Shown one piece after another: positions 9,260-17,807 of a stretch of 64,000 bases of DNA (positions are counted from its first letter, which is position 1; the number at the start of each line of letters is the position of its first letter). Below the pieces are notes generated by a model. That model ran no database searches and was not told the origin of the DNA. It saw only the letters and a program-made list of their open reading frames with translations. The position numbers and the translations under genes were made by a program. The DNA is from Bacteroidota bacterium (GTDB lineage Bacteria > Bacteroidota > Bacteroidia > Bacteroidales > GCA-2748055): positions 13,432 through 77,431 of the forward strand of contig PDRI01000096.1 in assembly GCA_002748055.1 (NCBI GenBank). The letters run 5' to 3'.

Positions 9260-11250
9260 AGCTCGAATTGAAGAAGTAAGTAATAGTGCCTTCCGGGCAT
9301 GGGACGAAACAAGACGGAATGATAAGCCTCATCGAAGAGGTTATGGACTTTTAGTTCGAGCCGGAAGTCCATCTTCAGAAGCCTGAACTCAGCTCCTGCC
9401 GAAAGATCGTTCATGAAATAGGGATAAAGCCGGTGCCTGCTTGTCGGATCATTGCTGGAACTGGTAAAACGTTCGCTATAGCTATTGTGCTGCCAGCTTA
9501 AAAAGAAGCTGCGATAAGCCACCCGGAAAAAGGCATTTCCGGAATGAAGCGGAGTATAAACCAATTGCTTGCCATAGGATTCATCTCCCCAGACCAGGGG
9601 ATCGCCATAGTTTAGGGCACGGCTCAGCGCATACTGGCCCCCAAAACGATAGGCTACAGGGCCTGCAGTCCCATTCAGCTTCAGACCGGCCTCAAATCCG
9701 GTGGTCTCAACCCGGCGAATATTCATAGGCTCCCAATAGCCCTTGAACGAAGGAATCCATAGAATCCAGTTATGAATGTCGGAACGAAAAACAGTCAATT
9801 CACTCTCCCATTCCAATCGCGGAATCCCTCCGCTCCAGGCCAGCCCCGCTTCCATACTGAACCCCTCTTCGGGCAAGAGGCCGGGATTCCCTCCCGGCTG
9901 CCAGTAAAGGTCGTTCAGTGTGGGTTGGTGATAATTCCTTGCCAGGTGGGCCTTCAGGAACAGATTTCGGTCTCTGATCAATTTGAAATCGGCCCCGACA
10001 AAAGGAATCACCGGTACCCGCCTGCCTTCGATCCACTCCTGCCTCAGCATCAAATTAATCGTAAATCGCTCCCGGAATTTTCTTCGGGCCGAAAGCAGAA
10101 AGGACCATTCATTCCGCTGCCGCTCGTAAGCCAGCCCTGTGACCCTGTCATGCGACGAAACATCGTGGAAACGGGCATCTATGGTAGCCTCCAGTTCCAG
10201 TTTTGTTCCCACATCGGGGAAAAGCGAAAGGGTATTCATCCAGCTTTGCTGCCTGCCAATAGCGTAAATACTGGTATCGAGCCCGAGCCCGGCGATCCGG
10301 TTTCGTTGAATGAAATCGAGCCGCTTACTGGCATAGCCCGTACGAAGCAGCAGCTGTCCCCTGTCGCCATAGCCCTTCCAGTCGGCTACCAGCCTGTGGT
10401 CAATATCGGTCTGCTTGTTCAGGTTGGCATTATCGGGCCCTTCATAACTGCTTGGCTTCGGAATTACACGCGCGGCAGCCTGGGCCCAGTACTTGATAGA
10501 AAGCAGCTGTGATGCAGCAGGACGATAGTAAAACTCCTGCAGAAGCCCGTAACGCCGATAAGAGGCATTGCCATTGGTATCGATCGGATGCACAATCTCT
10601 CCGCTCAGGGGATCGATTTCCCCGATCCCGTAGTTTACAAATGTGTAATTGTTCGCCGAGCTGTTGTGGTACATTCGGGTCTTGCTCCGGAAAACCTTCT
10701 TCCCGAAGCCTGCAAAAAGATACTCATCCAATGTTCGGTAGCTTCCGATGCCCTGGCTGTATTTCAGTGATCTTCCCTGGTCCCAGCCCGGACTGTTCCC
10801 GATCCTGATCGATCCGCCCATTCCCCCGCTGCGATCGGCCAGAGAAGCCGCACCATGACGAAGACTCAGCTCATCAATAATGTACACCGGCACAAGCGAA
10901 AAATCAACCATCCCGGTCATCGGGCTGTTCAAATCGATCCCGTTCCATTGTACCTGGGTATGGGAAGGCGAAGTCCCCCGGAAGGAGGCCGTTGCCAGGG
11001 CCCCCCGGCCATGATTCTTAATAAAAACAGAGGTGTTTTGGGACAGAAGTTCGGAAAGGGAAGCACTCATCTGGTGCTGGAGAATCGTGGTATCGACAAC
11101 GGTAGCCTTTGCCCCTGCATCCTCAACCCGACTGGCCCTGATCTCGACCTGCTCAATCTGCACCGTATCCTGCAGCTCCTGGGCGGAAATGCTTCCGATA
11201 CAAAGCAGCAATACCGGCACAATCCGAAAAACCTGTCTCGGGGGCTTCAT
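9256..11250 (-). CDS. btuB: TonB-dependent outer-membrane receptor, BtuB-like (cobalamin/corrinoid)
   Basis: Start moved to ATG at 11250 (MKPPRQVFRIVPVLLLCIGSISAQE), 1 nt after the upstream stop. Plug-like N-terminus, beta-barrel repeats and terminal aromatic (LLLQFEL). Assignment to B12 rests on the upstream riboswitch. Confidence 0.7.
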   Translation of the reverse strand: MKPPRQVFRIVPVLLLCIGSISAQELQDTVQIEQVEIRASRVEDAGAKATVVDTTILQHQMSASLSELLSQNTSVFIKNHGRGALATASFRGTSPSHTQVQWNGIDLNSPMTGMVDFSLVPVYIIDELSLRHGAASLADRSGGMGGSIRIGNSPGWDQGRSLKYSQGIGSYRTLDEYLFAGFGKKVFRSKTRMYHNSSANNYTFVNYGIGEIDPLSGEIVHPIDTNGNASYRRYGLLQEFYYRPAASQLLSIKYWAQAAARVIPKPSSYEGPDNANLNKQTDIDHRLVADWKGYGDRGQLLLRTGYASKRLDFIQRNRIAGLGLDTSIYAIGRQQSWMNTLSLFPDVGTKLELEATIDARFHDVSSHDRVTGLAYERQRNEWSFLLSARRKFRERFTINLMLRQEWIEGRRVPVIPFVGADFKLIRDRNLFLKAHLARNYHQPTLNDLYWQPGGNPGLLPEEGFSMEAGLAWSGGIPRLEWESELTVFRSDIHNWILWIPSFKGYWEPMNIRRVETTGFEAGLKLNGTAGPVAYRFGGQYALSRALNYGDPLVWGDESYGKQLVYTPLHSGNAFFRVAYRSFFLSWQHNSYSERFTSSSNDPTSRHRLYPYFMNDLSAGAEFRLLKMDFRLELKVHNLFDEAYHSVLFRPMPGRHYYLLLQFEL

Positions 11251-11251
11251 C

Positions 11252-12664
11252 TTAGCGCTTGATAACTTTAATCCGATGCGTTCCGGCAGCTCCGTCAATC
11301 GAAACAATGTAAACCCCGGAAGGAAGATCGCTTAAGTCGAGGAGGGCAGGTGAAGTCTGTGGGCGGAACTGCTTCAAACAAATGCCCGATAAGGAGTAAA
11401 GAGCAAGCCCCCGGCCGGAAGCCCCACGAACGTACAATACATCGGTCAGGGGATTCGGGTAGACGGCAATCGCTTTGTCGCTTCCAAAAGAGTGGATACG
11501 GGTCGGCGCAACTACGCTTGTAATGGCATCAGCAAAGATATCGGGATTGCTACGCAGGCTTGCCCTCAGCTGCAACTCGCCCTCACTAAGCACAGAGAGA
11601 ACCAGATGTTCATCAACCTTTGCATCACCTTGACTGACGGTCCAGTCCACTTCCGGCAGAGCTTGCAGGCGGCCATTGGAAAAATAAAAGAGTTCGAGCT
11701 GGTGCCGGCCTGTATCGATTTGAAGTGGCAGGTCGCGGATAAGCAGAATCTCCATGCACCCTTCCCAACCAGGTGATGGGCTCACGAGGACAGCACCCGT
11801 AATCTCGGTGGAGACCTCTCCAAGCCAGCCACCATCGGCCTGCATGGCCGATTGCACTTTTACAAAGTGGATTTCGTCCAAATCGACATACCGCCCGCTG
11901 CTGTCCACCGCCCAGGAAATATCAAAGGCATCGCCCCCGGCATTTTCCCTTTCCAGGGTATAGGGATTGTCCGGATAATCGTAAGGTGCTTTCCCCCGCA
12001 GCCGATTATCGGCATAGCCAAAAGCCCGGTGCAGGGAACGCTCCCTGATTGGATTACGATCGTCGCGCATCCCGCTTATCCGGATCCCCTCCAAGCTAAA
12101 GCTGTCGGACCCGATCGACGGAAAAGAATCGGGCAGGGGATAATAGCTTTGGGTATGCGCAGCATTGGTCCGAATGCTTGCACTGTCACCGGAAGTGCTG
12201 GTCCAGGGCACATCCCTGGCCTCATCTCCTCCCGGGTTGTAGTAGGTGACCCTGTACCCGGTTTGGGTATGCGAAAAGAAATAATCGCTGCCTGCAAGGG
12301 CATACCACTGGTCGTCGGGCAGGCCATTTTGGTTCTCATCCTTCATCACCCAAACAACACCAGGCTCCGACCAGTCGGGCAGGGCGTTTCCAAAAATACT
12401 GAAGTCGACACCGAAAGGATGGTCGGGATGGTTCTCCACCGGCCGATCGAAGGAAAACACAACGGAACCCCCAAAGGCTCCCAGGCTTAACAAGCCTGAA
12501 ACTCCATCACAAATTGAAAAAACCGACCGGGGCTGCCCCCCGGTCGGTGTATTAATAAACTGTCCCGGAGCAGGTAGGTAAGACCAAACTGTATCGATGT
12601 ATTGCGCACTGGCCGTCAGCGGCAGAAAAAGACACAGGAACGCAACCTGCAGGGAAGTTCTCAT
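11252..12664 (-). CDS. secreted protein with T9SS C-terminal sorting domain (unknown function)
   Basis: Signal peptide MRTSLQVAFLCLFLPLTASAQ. The C-terminus VYPNPLTDVLYVRG...LSDLPSGVYIVSIDG...RIKVIKR matches the Por_Secre_tail pattern. Start is 1 nt after the upstream stop. Confidence 0.7.
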   Translation of the reverse strand: MRTSLQVAFLCLFLPLTASAQYIDTVWSYLPAPGQFINTPTGGQPRSVFSICDGVSGLLSLGAFGGSVVFSFDRPVENHPDHPFGVDFSIFGNALPDWSEPGVVWVMKDENQNGLPDDQWYALAGSDYFFSHTQTGYRVTYYNPGGDEARDVPWTSTSGDSASIRTNAAHTQSYYPLPDSFPSIGSDSFSLEGIRISGMRDDRNPIRERSLHRAFGYADNRLRGKAPYDYPDNPYTLERENAGGDAFDISWAVDSSGRYVDLDEIHFVKVQSAMQADGGWLGEVSTEITGAVLVSPSPGWEGCMEILLIRDLPLQIDTGRHQLELFYFSNGRLQALPEVDWTVSQGDAKVDEHLVLSVLSEGELQLRASLRSNPDIFADAITSVVAPTRIHSFGSDKAIAVYPNPLTDVLYVRGASGRGLALYSLSGICLKQFRPQTSPALLDLSDLPSGVYIVSIDGAAGTHRIKVIKR

Positions 12665-12665
12665 C

Positions 12666-14162
12666 CTAAAGTTTCTGAATCAGTTGCCTGTGAACCTCAC
12701 CCGCAGATTCTACCAGGATGAGATATGATCCCGGCTTAAGCGCGGAGATATCGAGGCTGGCTTCTGATCCCTTCAGGTCGATGCTGCGCAGACAGGTCCC
12801 CTGGAGATTGTAGAGTTTCACACTGGCACGATCACCGGCAGAGCGAACATAAAGCAGCTCGCGGGCCGGATTCGGATACAGTTTAATGTGTGTCAGACTG
12901 TTCACATCCATGCCCACCGTTGAAGTCAGGCTGATCATGATGGTATCATTAACCATCTTGCCATTGGATTGCGCCTCAACGACAATGCAGGCATTTCCAC
13001 TGCGCTCAGTGGCAAAACTCAGATGCAGGGTATCGTTGGAAATACTTGCAGTGACCAGTGATTCATCACTATTGCTTAGCACGCTACAATCGATATCCTC
13101 ATCGGGATCGTCCGGATCACTGAAAACACCGGCAAGCGCCAGCAGGGAATCAGCACTCGGATCTGTCAGGTCGATGTCAGCCATGGGATTGGCCACTATT
13201 GGAAGGTAGTCCATGTGAAGCTCATTGAGTGGGGTGCCCCCGGCATAGGTATAAACTGCATTCCCGGGCGATGGTTCTGCAAATGAACCTCGAGTCTCAA
13301 TGCTCATAAGCCAGGATGCAGAAGTGGCCAGAGTATCGAGCTGAATACCATCCCCTGCTGTTCCATTCCACCGGGTAAGCGCCTGATTCGAACCTCCCCA
13401 GATATTCAGGTTGACAAACACATCACCATTCGCATCCACCGCACAATCACCTGCCCCGGCGGGCAAATCGGAGAGTTTCACGGCATCATCCAGATCCAGC
13501 GGAAGGGCATCCGTATCATTGATTACAGCAGAAAGGGCGACACTGTCCCACTGAACCAGAACATTGGGGTCCATCGAATAGGAAGTCCCGCAATAAAGGT
13601 CTCCCATCTGATCGACTGACATACCCGTAGAGTATCCACCAATCTTGATCAGTTCACGATGCTGATTGTTTCCACTGAGGTCTAGTAAGTAGATCCCACT
13701 GGGCGCACCGAACTCAGCATTATTGGTGCCGGAAACCAGAATCTGGTCATTCCAAAACTCCAGATCGTAGTTCGCCTGGAAGGCAGCCTTCTGGGTCCAG
13801 GAACCATCGCTCAGATCAACCTGATAAATACGGTCATCGGTAAATCCTGTTGTGGTAAAACCGGTCCACAGGCTTTTTCCGTCGGGGGATAAGGCCACAA
13901 AGCTGATAAAGTGCTTGGCCTCGTAATCGGTGGGTTCAAAAAACTTCCCCAGTTCTCTTCCGTCACGGGTATCGACAATCACAATACTGTCGGCGTTCTG
14001 AATCACCAGACAAGTGTCATTCAGATCGATAGCTCCGTTAATCAGATAATTCGGAAGCATTTCTGCTGCCTTGAAATCCTCTCTGGGTGACAGGATGCTT
14101 TGTGCTTGCACGGACAGCGCCATAAGGACGAGCCCAAGTGCCATAAGGTAAACCTTTTTCAT
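12666..14162 (-). CDS. secreted propeller-like protein with Ig-like domain and T9SS C-terminal sorting domain
   Basis: Signal peptide MKKVYLMALGLVLMALSVQAQ. The C-terminus KLYPNPARELLYVRS...ISALKPGSYLILVES...LIQKL is Por_Secre_tail-like. First gene after the riboswitch. Confidence 0.7.
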   Translation of the reverse strand: MKKVYLMALGLVLMALSVQAQSILSPREDFKAAEMLPNYLINGAIDLNDTCLVIQNADSIVIVDTRDGRELGKFFEPTDYEAKHFISFVALSPDGKSLWTGFTTTGFTDDRIYQVDLSDGSWTQKAAFQANYDLEFWNDQILVSGTNNAEFGAPSGIYLLDLSGNNQHRELIKIGGYSTGMSVDQMGDLYCGTSYSMDPNVLVQWDSVALSAVINDTDALPLDLDDAVKLSDLPAGAGDCAVDANGDVFVNLNIWGGSNQALTRWNGTAGDGIQLDTLATSASWLMSIETRGSFAEPSPGNAVYTYAGGTPLNELHMDYLPIVANPMADIDLTDPSADSLLALAGVFSDPDDPDEDIDCSVLSNSDESLVTASISNDTLHLSFATERSGNACIVVEAQSNGKMVNDTIMISLTSTVGMDVNSLTHIKLYPNPARELLYVRSAGDRASVKLYNLQGTCLRSIDLKGSEASLDISALKPGSYLILVESAGEVHRQLIQKL

Positions 14163-14270
14163 AAGCTGTACTTTTTAATGAATTAAACATACAGCAAGCG
14201 GAGATGAGTTGAAGTCAAAATAGATGTTGTGACCAGCTTCCCGTTCACCGCGGGCTGCAAAAAAAACGTC

Positions 14271-14475
14271 TCATCACTGGCAGGTCTTCTGACTTGTCCA
14301 TGCTTTCGACGCCTTCCCGTTCGAGTCCCGGCCGGACCTGAGTGAACAGTGGCACATTGCCGAAAGCTGTTTGGCCCGGAGAGGGCCTGGATTCACAGCA
14401 GCGGGAACTGTTGCCGATTCTAACGGCATTCCCTTTTCATCCCTGACGCATTCGCGAAACGGAAACCAATGATGA
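14271..14475 (-). promoter_or_regulatory. cobalamin (B12) riboswitch
   Basis: The minus-strand RNA reads UCAUCAUUGG...AAAAGGGAAUGCCGUUAGAAUCGGCAACAGUUCCCGCUGCUGU...GCCACUG...GGGAAGGC...AAGUCAGAAGACCUGCCAGUGAUGA. It contains the conserved GGGAA core, the GCCACUG/GGGAAGGC pair, the B12 box (AGUCAGAAGACCUGCC) and a P1 helix closing 14475-14466 with 14280-14271. Confidence 0.85.
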
Positions 14476-14477
14476 TT

Positions 14478-14485
14478 CAAAAATA
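14478..14485 (-). promoter_or_regulatory. Bacteroidota -7 promoter box (TAnnTTTG) for the riboswitch operon
   Basis: The minus strand reads TATTTTTG ending 3 nt before the P1 5' arm of the riboswitch. Confidence 0.45.
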
Positions 14486-14525
14486 TGAAATAATTCAATA
14501 CGCCTTCACGCCCGCTAATGTGGAA

Positions 14526-15599
14526 TCAGGAGACCCAGGTCACATACAACTTGTAGACCAGAGAAAGCACAATTGAACCCAGGAAAAGGCCGATAAAACC
14601 AAAGGCTATGAAGCCTCCGAGTGCACCCAGAAAAATGACCAGCATCGGTACATCCGAGCCCTTGCCCATCAATACCGGTTTGAGCAGATTGTCGATGAAG
14701 CCCATGACCAGAAAGTAGAGCGACCAGGCCGCCGCCGGCAGGGGCTCCCGGAAAGCGAAAAGGTAGATGATCAGAAACACATTGAAGATCAGCGCAGGAA
14801 TCTGGGCAATGGTCATGATCAGCAGGACCACAATCCAGACGGCAGCCAGTGGAACACTCGCCAAAATCAGGCCTATTCCCATCAGCGTGGTTTGAATAAG
14901 AGCCACACCCAATACACCGGTGGCCACATTGCGAATTGTCCGCAGCGATTCCTTCAGAAATTCATCACCCCTTTCCCCGGCAATCTTCTCAAAGACTTTG
15001 TGCCCGGAGTCCTCTCCCTTTTCAGAAAAGATCAAAAAGATGCCGGCAATAATAACAGAAGCAGCAAACTGCAGGAGTCCAAGCCCTGTATTGGCGAGTG
15101 CTCCCAGTCCTTTCTCAACTGAGGTCGCCATTTGGGGCAGATAACCCGCAAGCAATTTCCCCGGATGATCAGCCATGCGGGTCCAGTTCTCATAAAGCCA
15201 TTCGCCAATCAGGGGCCAGTCTGCCACCTCGGGCGATGGCCCGGGTATCTCCAGGACTCCGGCCTGCATGTGTTCCGCTAAAAAACGCACCCCTTCTATA
15301 AGCTGGTTCACGAGCCAGATGCTGGGCATCACCAATACCGAAAGTGCCAAAACAACGATCAGTATCGCGGTCAGTTTACTTCGCTTGCCCAGCTTTCCCT
15401 GCAACCAGCGAAAAAACGGAAAGATAACAATGGCGATGATGAGCCCCCAAAGCAAAATACTCAGGAAGGGCCTGAGTATCCGTAAGCAGAGAAAAACCAG
15501 GAGAAATAGTGCCCCTATTTTCAGAATCAGGTCGATGGCAATGTTCACATAGCGTTTCCCATTGTCAGTCCTGTCGGGACCATTTGAATTTGTCGTCAT
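14526..15599 (-). CDS. AI-2E (PerM/YhhT) family transporter
   Basis: 357 aa with about 7-8 hydrophobic segments. Size and layout fit the AI-2E family, including the C-terminal GxxGxFxGxxLL-like stretch LGGFIAFGFIGLFLG. Confidence 0.6.
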   Translation of the reverse strand: MTTNSNGPDRTDNGKRYVNIAIDLILKIGALFLLVFLCLRILRPFLSILLWGLIIAIVIFPFFRWLQGKLGKRSKLTAILIVVLALSVLVMPSIWLVNQLIEGVRFLAEHMQAGVLEIPGPSPEVADWPLIGEWLYENWTRMADHPGKLLAGYLPQMATSVEKGLGALANTGLGLLQFAASVIIAGIFLIFSEKGEDSGHKVFEKIAGERGDEFLKESLRTIRNVATGVLGVALIQTTLMGIGLILASVPLAAVWIVVLLIMTIAQIPALIFNVFLIIYLFAFREPLPAAAWSLYFLVMGFIDNLLKPVLMGKGSDVPMLVIFLGALGGFIAFGFIGLFLGSIVLSLVYKLYVTWVS

Positions 15600-15721
15600 A
15601 ACTGCTTTGGCTCAGGACTACAAATTGAATCAGAATTATTGATAAAATCAAATCCTGTCCTTCATCTTCGGGCAGTGGTGCTGAAATGACGGGATGCTGC
15701 GGGAAAGAGATAAATAATAGC

Positions 15722-15729
15722 TACTTTTG
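15722..15729 (+). promoter_or_regulatory. Bacteroidota -7 promoter box (TAnnTTTG)
   Basis: TACTTTTG lies 13 nt upstream of the ATG at 15742 of the His-rich gene that heads the metal-efflux operon. Confidence 0.4.
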
Positions 15730-15741
15730 TGAAATCCTGTG

Positions 15742-16158
15742 ATGAAGGGAAGACAACATACTGCCATCGTCCTGCTGCTGGTGCTCACGTCCATACTGGC
15801 ACACAACCTGATACCCCACCATCACCACGCCGGAATTCTTTGCCCCGTAAATGATCGGGCCATTCATCATCACCGCTGCCCTGGCAATGCGCCTGAAAAA
15901 GAGGATCACAAAGCTTTGCACCACGACAGCCAGCATTGCCATGCCTTTAACGCTCTCGATCTGCAGCGCTACAAAAAGGCAATTGCCCTGCCCAAAGCCC
16001 TGCAAATGGATGCCCTGCTTCTGTCCCTGCCCTTTGAAGCACTCAGCAGGCCTGAACCCGGCTTAAGCTGGCTGATCCTTCCTCAAAAAATCCCGGAGCT
16101 ATCCGGCCCCCCGATTGGGGGAAGCGGCCTTCGTGCCCCTCCCGAATACTGTTCATGA
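15742..16158 (+). CDS. small exported histidine-rich protein
   Basis: MKGRQHTAIVLLLVLTSILA signal, then HNLIPHHHHAG...IHHHRCPG...HKALHHDSQHCHAF. Lies directly upstream of the heavy-metal RND genes. Confidence 0.55.
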   Translation: MKGRQHTAIVLLLVLTSILAHNLIPHHHHAGILCPVNDRAIHHHRCPGNAPEKEDHKALHHDSQHCHAFNALDLQRYKKAIALPKALQMDALLLSLPFEALSRPEPGLSWLILPQKIPELSGPPIGGSGLRAPPEYCS

Positions 16159-16227
16159 TACCCCCTTCAGGGGATTGATACGGACGCTTTGGTGTCCTTT
16201 CACAGTGTTCATCTAAACCATAGCCAC

Positions 16228-17796
16228 ATGAATCGCATAGTACCGGCACTCCTTCTGGCGGGTGCCCTGGCCTGCGGGCCACTAGACAGGCACGAAACCG
16301 CCCCTTCCGGGGATCATGCCCACCAAACCATTGCCCACACCTGCTATACAGCCGATATGGAATTTTTCCTGGAACACCCCCCATTAATTGCCGGGGAAAA
16401 GGCCCGTTTCATTGTCCATTGTACCCGGCTTTCCGATTACAGCCCAATTGCATCGGGTTGCATGACGCTCACCCTCGGAGGAGAAACGGTTAAAAGCACG
16501 AAGCCCGTGGATGAAGGCATCTATGAGCTGGAAATTGCAGCTCCGAAAGCAGGTCTTTTGGAGCTTGATTTAGCATGGCAGGCCGGTGAGCTTTTGCAGA
16601 GAATCCATGCCCATGTGGAAGTATATGAAGACCATAAACAGCTGCATGCAGAACCCTTTTCTCCGGCAGGCCACAGAGACCCGGCAGATCATGACAGCGA
16701 AAAAGCAGATGCAGATCATGCTCATCAAAACACCCCTTTCCAAAACCCTGAATCGTCTGGTACAGGCGACATCATTTTTCACAAGGAGCAGGCCTGGAAG
16801 ACCGATTTCATGGTTTCAAGGGCCGAAACCGCTCCCTTCGCTGCCGTCATTCGTACCACCGGCGAGCTTATGCCAAGCCCTGGAGAAATAAAAAGACAGA
16901 CCGCCCCGGCCAGGGGCATGATCGAATTTGCCGATCCCGAATTGGTTCAGGGTGCTTACGTAAATGCCGGCAAACACCTGTTCACCATTCGCTCGGGCAA
17001 GCTGCCGGGCGACAACCTGGAACTACGCCTGCAACAGGCCGAAAACCGACTGACCAAAAGCCGGAGCGATTACCTTCGCCACCAGGAGCTGTTGAAGGCA
17101 GGTGCGACTTCAAAAAAAGCCTTTTTGGCCTCGCAGTCGACCTACAGGGCCGACAGCCTTCTTTATAGCGATCTGGGAAAAGACACCGGACCGGGTGGCA
17201 TGAAAATCTTTGCCGAAAACAGCGGAAGTATTCACTTGCTCAATGTCTCCAACGGGAGCTTTGTGGAGACCGGACAGGCCCTTCTGACCATCTCATCGGA
17301 CCAGAAACTCCTGCTCCGGGCAGATCTTCCCCAGCCACAAGCACACTTCGGCAAGGAAATCCAAACGGCCAACTTCCGCCCGGCCTACGCAGAGGAGGCC
17401 TGGAGTATGGAAGATTTCAACGGAAAACACCTGTCCACGGGTCATTCCGTAGCCGAAAACGAACACTACCTGCCGGTCTATTTCGTACTTGAGAACGACG
17501 GCCGCCTGATGGAAGGTGCCTTTACCGAGGTTTATCTGATCGGTCGCACCCTCGATTCGGCCCTGCTCGTCCCAAACACCGCCCTGCTCGAAGAACAGGG
17601 CAATTTCTATGTCTATGTGCAAAAGGGCGGAGAAAGCTATGAAAAGCGGGCCGTTGATATCGGCCCCGGCGATGGCAGAGAAACAGTGATAAAGACGGGA
17701 CTCACTAAAGGCGAGCGCTTCGTTTCACGCGGATGTATGCTGCTCAAAGCGGCATCCACTGTTCGCACGGCAGTCGGAGATGGACACACACACTAA
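16228..17796 (+). CDS. efflux RND periplasmic adaptor (CusB/CzcB-type) with His-rich N-terminal extension
   Basis: ATG at 16228 gives MNRIVPALLLAGALAC. An N-terminal extension of about 190 aa has an Ig/YtkA-like segment and HAHVEVYEDHKQLHAEPFSPAGHRDPADHDSEKADADHAHQ. The C-terminal half looks like a typical membrane-fusion protein. Confidence 0.75.
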   Translation: MNRIVPALLLAGALACGPLDRHETAPSGDHAHQTIAHTCYTADMEFFLEHPPLIAGEKARFIVHCTRLSDYSPIASGCMTLTLGGETVKSTKPVDEGIYELEIAAPKAGLLELDLAWQAGELLQRIHAHVEVYEDHKQLHAEPFSPAGHRDPADHDSEKADADHAHQNTPFQNPESSGTGDIIFHKEQAWKTDFMVSRAETAPFAAVIRTTGELMPSPGEIKRQTAPARGMIEFADPELVQGAYVNAGKHLFTIRSGKLPGDNLELRLQQAENRLTKSRSDYLRHQELLKAGATSKKAFLASQSTYRADSLLYSDLGKDTGPGGMKIFAENSGSIHLLNVSNGSFVETGQALLTISSDQKLLLRADLPQPQAHFGKEIQTANFRPAYAEEAWSMEDFNGKHLSTGHSVAENEHYLPVYFVLENDGRLMEGAFTEVYLIGRTLDSALLVPNTALLEEQGNFYVYVQKGGESYEKRAVDIGPGDGRETVIKTGLTKGERFVSRGCMLLKAASTVRTAVGDGHTH

Positions 17797-17807
17797 AGGG
17801 AAAAATC

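Noticed and set aside
14259-14313. Intrinsic terminator as the riboswitch expression platform (U8 run after P1)
   Set aside because: I could only pair 4 bp (CGUC/GACG) ahead of the U-run, which is too weak to call a terminator. It is mentioned in the riboswitch finding as unresolved.
14274-14498. 74-aa minus-strand ORF in the leader of the T9SS/btuB operon
   Set aside because: It lies entirely within the cobalamin riboswitch aptamer. The RNA motifs explain the conservation-like appearance, and the peptide has no recognisable features.
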